Assembly (NCBI GenBank): GCA_021513715.1
Contig: CP084167.1
Location: 1,312,001 to 1,376,000, forward strand
Direction of reading: 5' to 3'
DNA from: Candidatus Heimdallarchaeum endolithica
GTDB lineage: Archaea > Asgardarchaeota > Heimdallarchaeia > Heimdallarchaeales > Heimdallarchaeaceae
Length of the DNA: 64,000 bases
Shown: positions 62,315 through 64,000 of the stretch, piece by piece
How the letters are laid out: every line of letters begins with the position of its first letter
Numbering within the stretch: the first letter of the stretch is position 1
The notes under the pieces: model-generated
Seen by the model: only the letters and a program-made list of their open reading frames with translations
Databases searched by the model: none
What the model was told of the DNA's origin: nothing
Program-made: the position numbers and the translations under genes

Positions 62315-62971
62315 TTATTTTACAATTACCTTTGTTTGAATAATGTGAGGACTCACACTTTTATTAAAACGTACAATGACGTTTTTATCTCTTGACTTAC
62401 GTTTTCCATGTATGTGAGTGATTTTTCCAACCATTTTTAGATTATTTTCAGGATTAGTAACTATAGCTTTTCTACCAATATAACTTGCTAAAGGCATTTC
62501 AGTATTTAGTAATCTTACGATTATTGAATTATTAGATGATCTCCCGACTTTATCATGAACTAGAGACTGTACAACTCCATATGTCTGAGAAATAATTTTC
62601 TCTTTTTTTGGTTTTCCAGTTTTTGGTTTTTTAGTTTTGGTTTTTACTTTAAGAGTGACAGGTTGTGTCTTTTTAACTGGAGTAATCTTTTCTTTCTTAG
62701 CTTTAGGCTCTGCTTTCTTCTTAGGCTCTGCTTTAGGTTCTACTTTCTTCTTAGGTTCTTTTACAGGAGCAGTTTTTTCACTTGCTGATTCTAGAAGTTC
62801 TTTTGCAGCCCTTCGCATTTTATCAGCAGTTACCTTACCTACACCTGGGATATCTGTTAATTCTTCAAGAGAAGCATTAGCTATTTTTTCTACTGTATCA
62901 AATCCTCTCTTTTTTAGATCATCTGCTTTTTTAGCACCAATCCCCGGAATATCAGTAATTTTTGGTTCCAT
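62315..62971 (-). CDS. Helix-hairpin-helix domain fused to a ribosomal protein eL33 (L35Ae)-like domain
   Basis: IPGIG/IPGVG HhH pair, K/E/P-rich linker, then ASYIGRK..GKITHIHG..VRF, resembling L35Ae. Confidence 0.7.
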   Translation of the reverse strand: MEPKITDIPGIGAKKADDLKKRGFDTVEKIANASLEELTDIPGVGKVTADKMRRAAKELLESASEKTAPVKEPKKKVEPKAEPKKKAEPKAKKEKITPVKKTQPVTLKVKTKTKKPKTGKPKKEKIISQTYGVVQSLVHDKVGRSSNNSIIVRLLNTEMPLASYIGRKAIVTNPENNLKMVGKITHIHGKRKSRDKNVIVRFNKSVSPHIIQTKVIVK

Positions 62972-63119
62972 TCTCTACACCTTACTAACTCAGAACTCAA
63001 TCATTGTTTTAAAAATTTTTAGATTGATTTCAGAATAGAAACTAAAAAATTAATGATTTTTTAAAAAGAGATTTTTAATCTCAAAAACAGTTTTTAATAA
63101 TAAGTTTTTGCTTTATTTA

Positions 63120-63425
63120 ATGAGCGAAAAAAAAATTGTTTTAACAGGTTTTGAACCCTTTGGCGGATCTAAAGTAAACCCTACTGCTAAATTATGAGTT
63201 GAAATTTTACTTAATTTCTTCAGGACTCTCCCCAACCAATCAACAAACTTAGCGAAAGTTGTGAAGACTGGCTTAAGAGAACATGTCCCTTCTTTACCAG
63301 AACAAGTATTAGAAAAAAGGCTTCCTTCAATGTCATTCGAATTAATTGAAAAAGGAATTAAAGTAGCTATTAAAACTATTATTATGGAATTAAAAAATGT
63401 AGAGAATGAAAATTTAATAAAATAA
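63120..63425 (+). pseudogene. pcp: Pyroglutamyl-peptidase I remnant (insertion plus deletion)
   Basis: N-terminus MSEKKIVLTGFEPFGGSKVNPTAKL (63120-63194) and C-terminus HVPSLPEQV..PSM (63282-63425); the middle is replaced by an element fragment. Confidence 0.9.
63197..63285. mobile_element. Truncated CATR-element, copy 3 (inverted relative to copies 1 and 2)
   Basis: 89 bp matching the reverse complement of 12688-12776 with 1 mismatch; preceded by TATG (63193-63196); ends at the element's internal CATG. Confidence 0.92.
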
Positions 63426-63472
63426 TCTTTATTGCCATTATTATTATCATAGAGTATTCTTAAGATGTATAC

Positions 63473-64000
63473 CTATTCAAACAACGGGTAATGAATGTTG
63501 CTATCTTCATTTATTGCTTTCAAAATAAGAGACATTTCATTTTGTACCCAGATATTTTCCTGTGTAAGTAAATTATAATTTACTAAATCCCTAAATGAGA
63601 AATAGCGTAACCTCTCTATTCTATTAGTTGCATACTCATGAGCCTCATTTATTAGTGATTTACGAGCAGATTTTTTGATTCTATCAACTGTCCAAGTTTC
63701 AGGAAGTATTGTTTTTTCATCTATATTTTTTACTATTTCTAGTAATTTAGCTGAAATTTGAAAAACTAGGAACCAATGTTTTTGATTCAATAAAATAGAC
63801 ATTAAATTTAACAACTGTTGAATTTTAAATTTCAGTATTTTTACAGGATTCACCACATAATCTCTAATTCCTTGAAACAAAGCAACTAGTTTTATAACTT
63901 CATTCTCTGATCGTTCGTTTTTTCTTTGCACTATCTTGAACAAAATAGAATTTTGTTCAATCTTTGAAATATCTACGTTTTGAAATTCTGTTATTATATC
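63473..64000 (-). CDS. Hypothetical protein, C-terminal part
   Basis: The frame of ORF 63473-63943 stays open to the window edge. Confidence 0.65.
   Translation of the reverse strand, partial: DIITEFQNVDISKIEQNSILFKIVQRKNERSENEVIKLVALFQGIRDYVVNPVKILKFKIQQLLNLMSILLNQKHWFLVFQISAKLLEIVKNIDEKTILPETWTVDRIKKSARKSLINEAHEYATNRIERLRYFSFRDLVNYNLLTQENIWVQNEMSLILKAINEDSNIHYPLFE

Noticed and set aside
62690-62765. TTAGGCTCTGCTTT / TTCTTAGG repeats
   Set aside because: They encode the KAEPK linker of the HhH-eL33 protein.
472-63038. Short antisense or overlapping ORFs (e.g. 472-699, 976-1281, 12738-13094, 34578-34946, 50347-50700, 62637-63038)
   Set aside because: They shadow well-supported genes and have no motifs.
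1-64000. tRNA, rRNA, CRISPR array, provirus, or a TnpB/IS110 partner for the CATR-element
   Set aside because: None recognised by eye. The ends of the two ISs present do not match the CATR-element, so its mobilising enzyme is presumably encoded elsewhere.

Overview
AT-rich archaeal chromosomal window, very probably from an Asgard archaeon of Heimdallarchaeia type. This is inferred from a profilin, an Arf/Sar-like GTPase fused to a longin-like domain, an IFT52/GIFT-domain protein, an eL33-like protein and an archaeal ATP-dependent DNA ligase. Most genes are housekeeping, signalling or envelope genes. The mobile content is an IS5-like element (23343-24346), a frameshifted IS481-like element with a 16-bp target duplication (46123-47137), and three copies of a ~370-bp protein-free element (12402-12776, 41208-41576, truncated 63197-63285). 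That element is the main candidate for an undescribed system. It always sits at a CATR/YATG site, duplicates 4 bp where both ends survive, has imperfect terminal inverted repeats, and carries a highly conserved ~225-nt structured region predicted to be an RNA. An internal loop of that RNA (UAUGAGU) is complementary to the element-end/target junction (ACUCAUR), suggesting a non-autonomous, possibly RNA-guided element. It splits an MFS gene, replaces the stop codon of another gene and is associated with a CATG-to-CATG deletion in pcp. No rRNA, tRNA or CRISPR array was recognised. All family calls are by eye from motifs; no searches were run.
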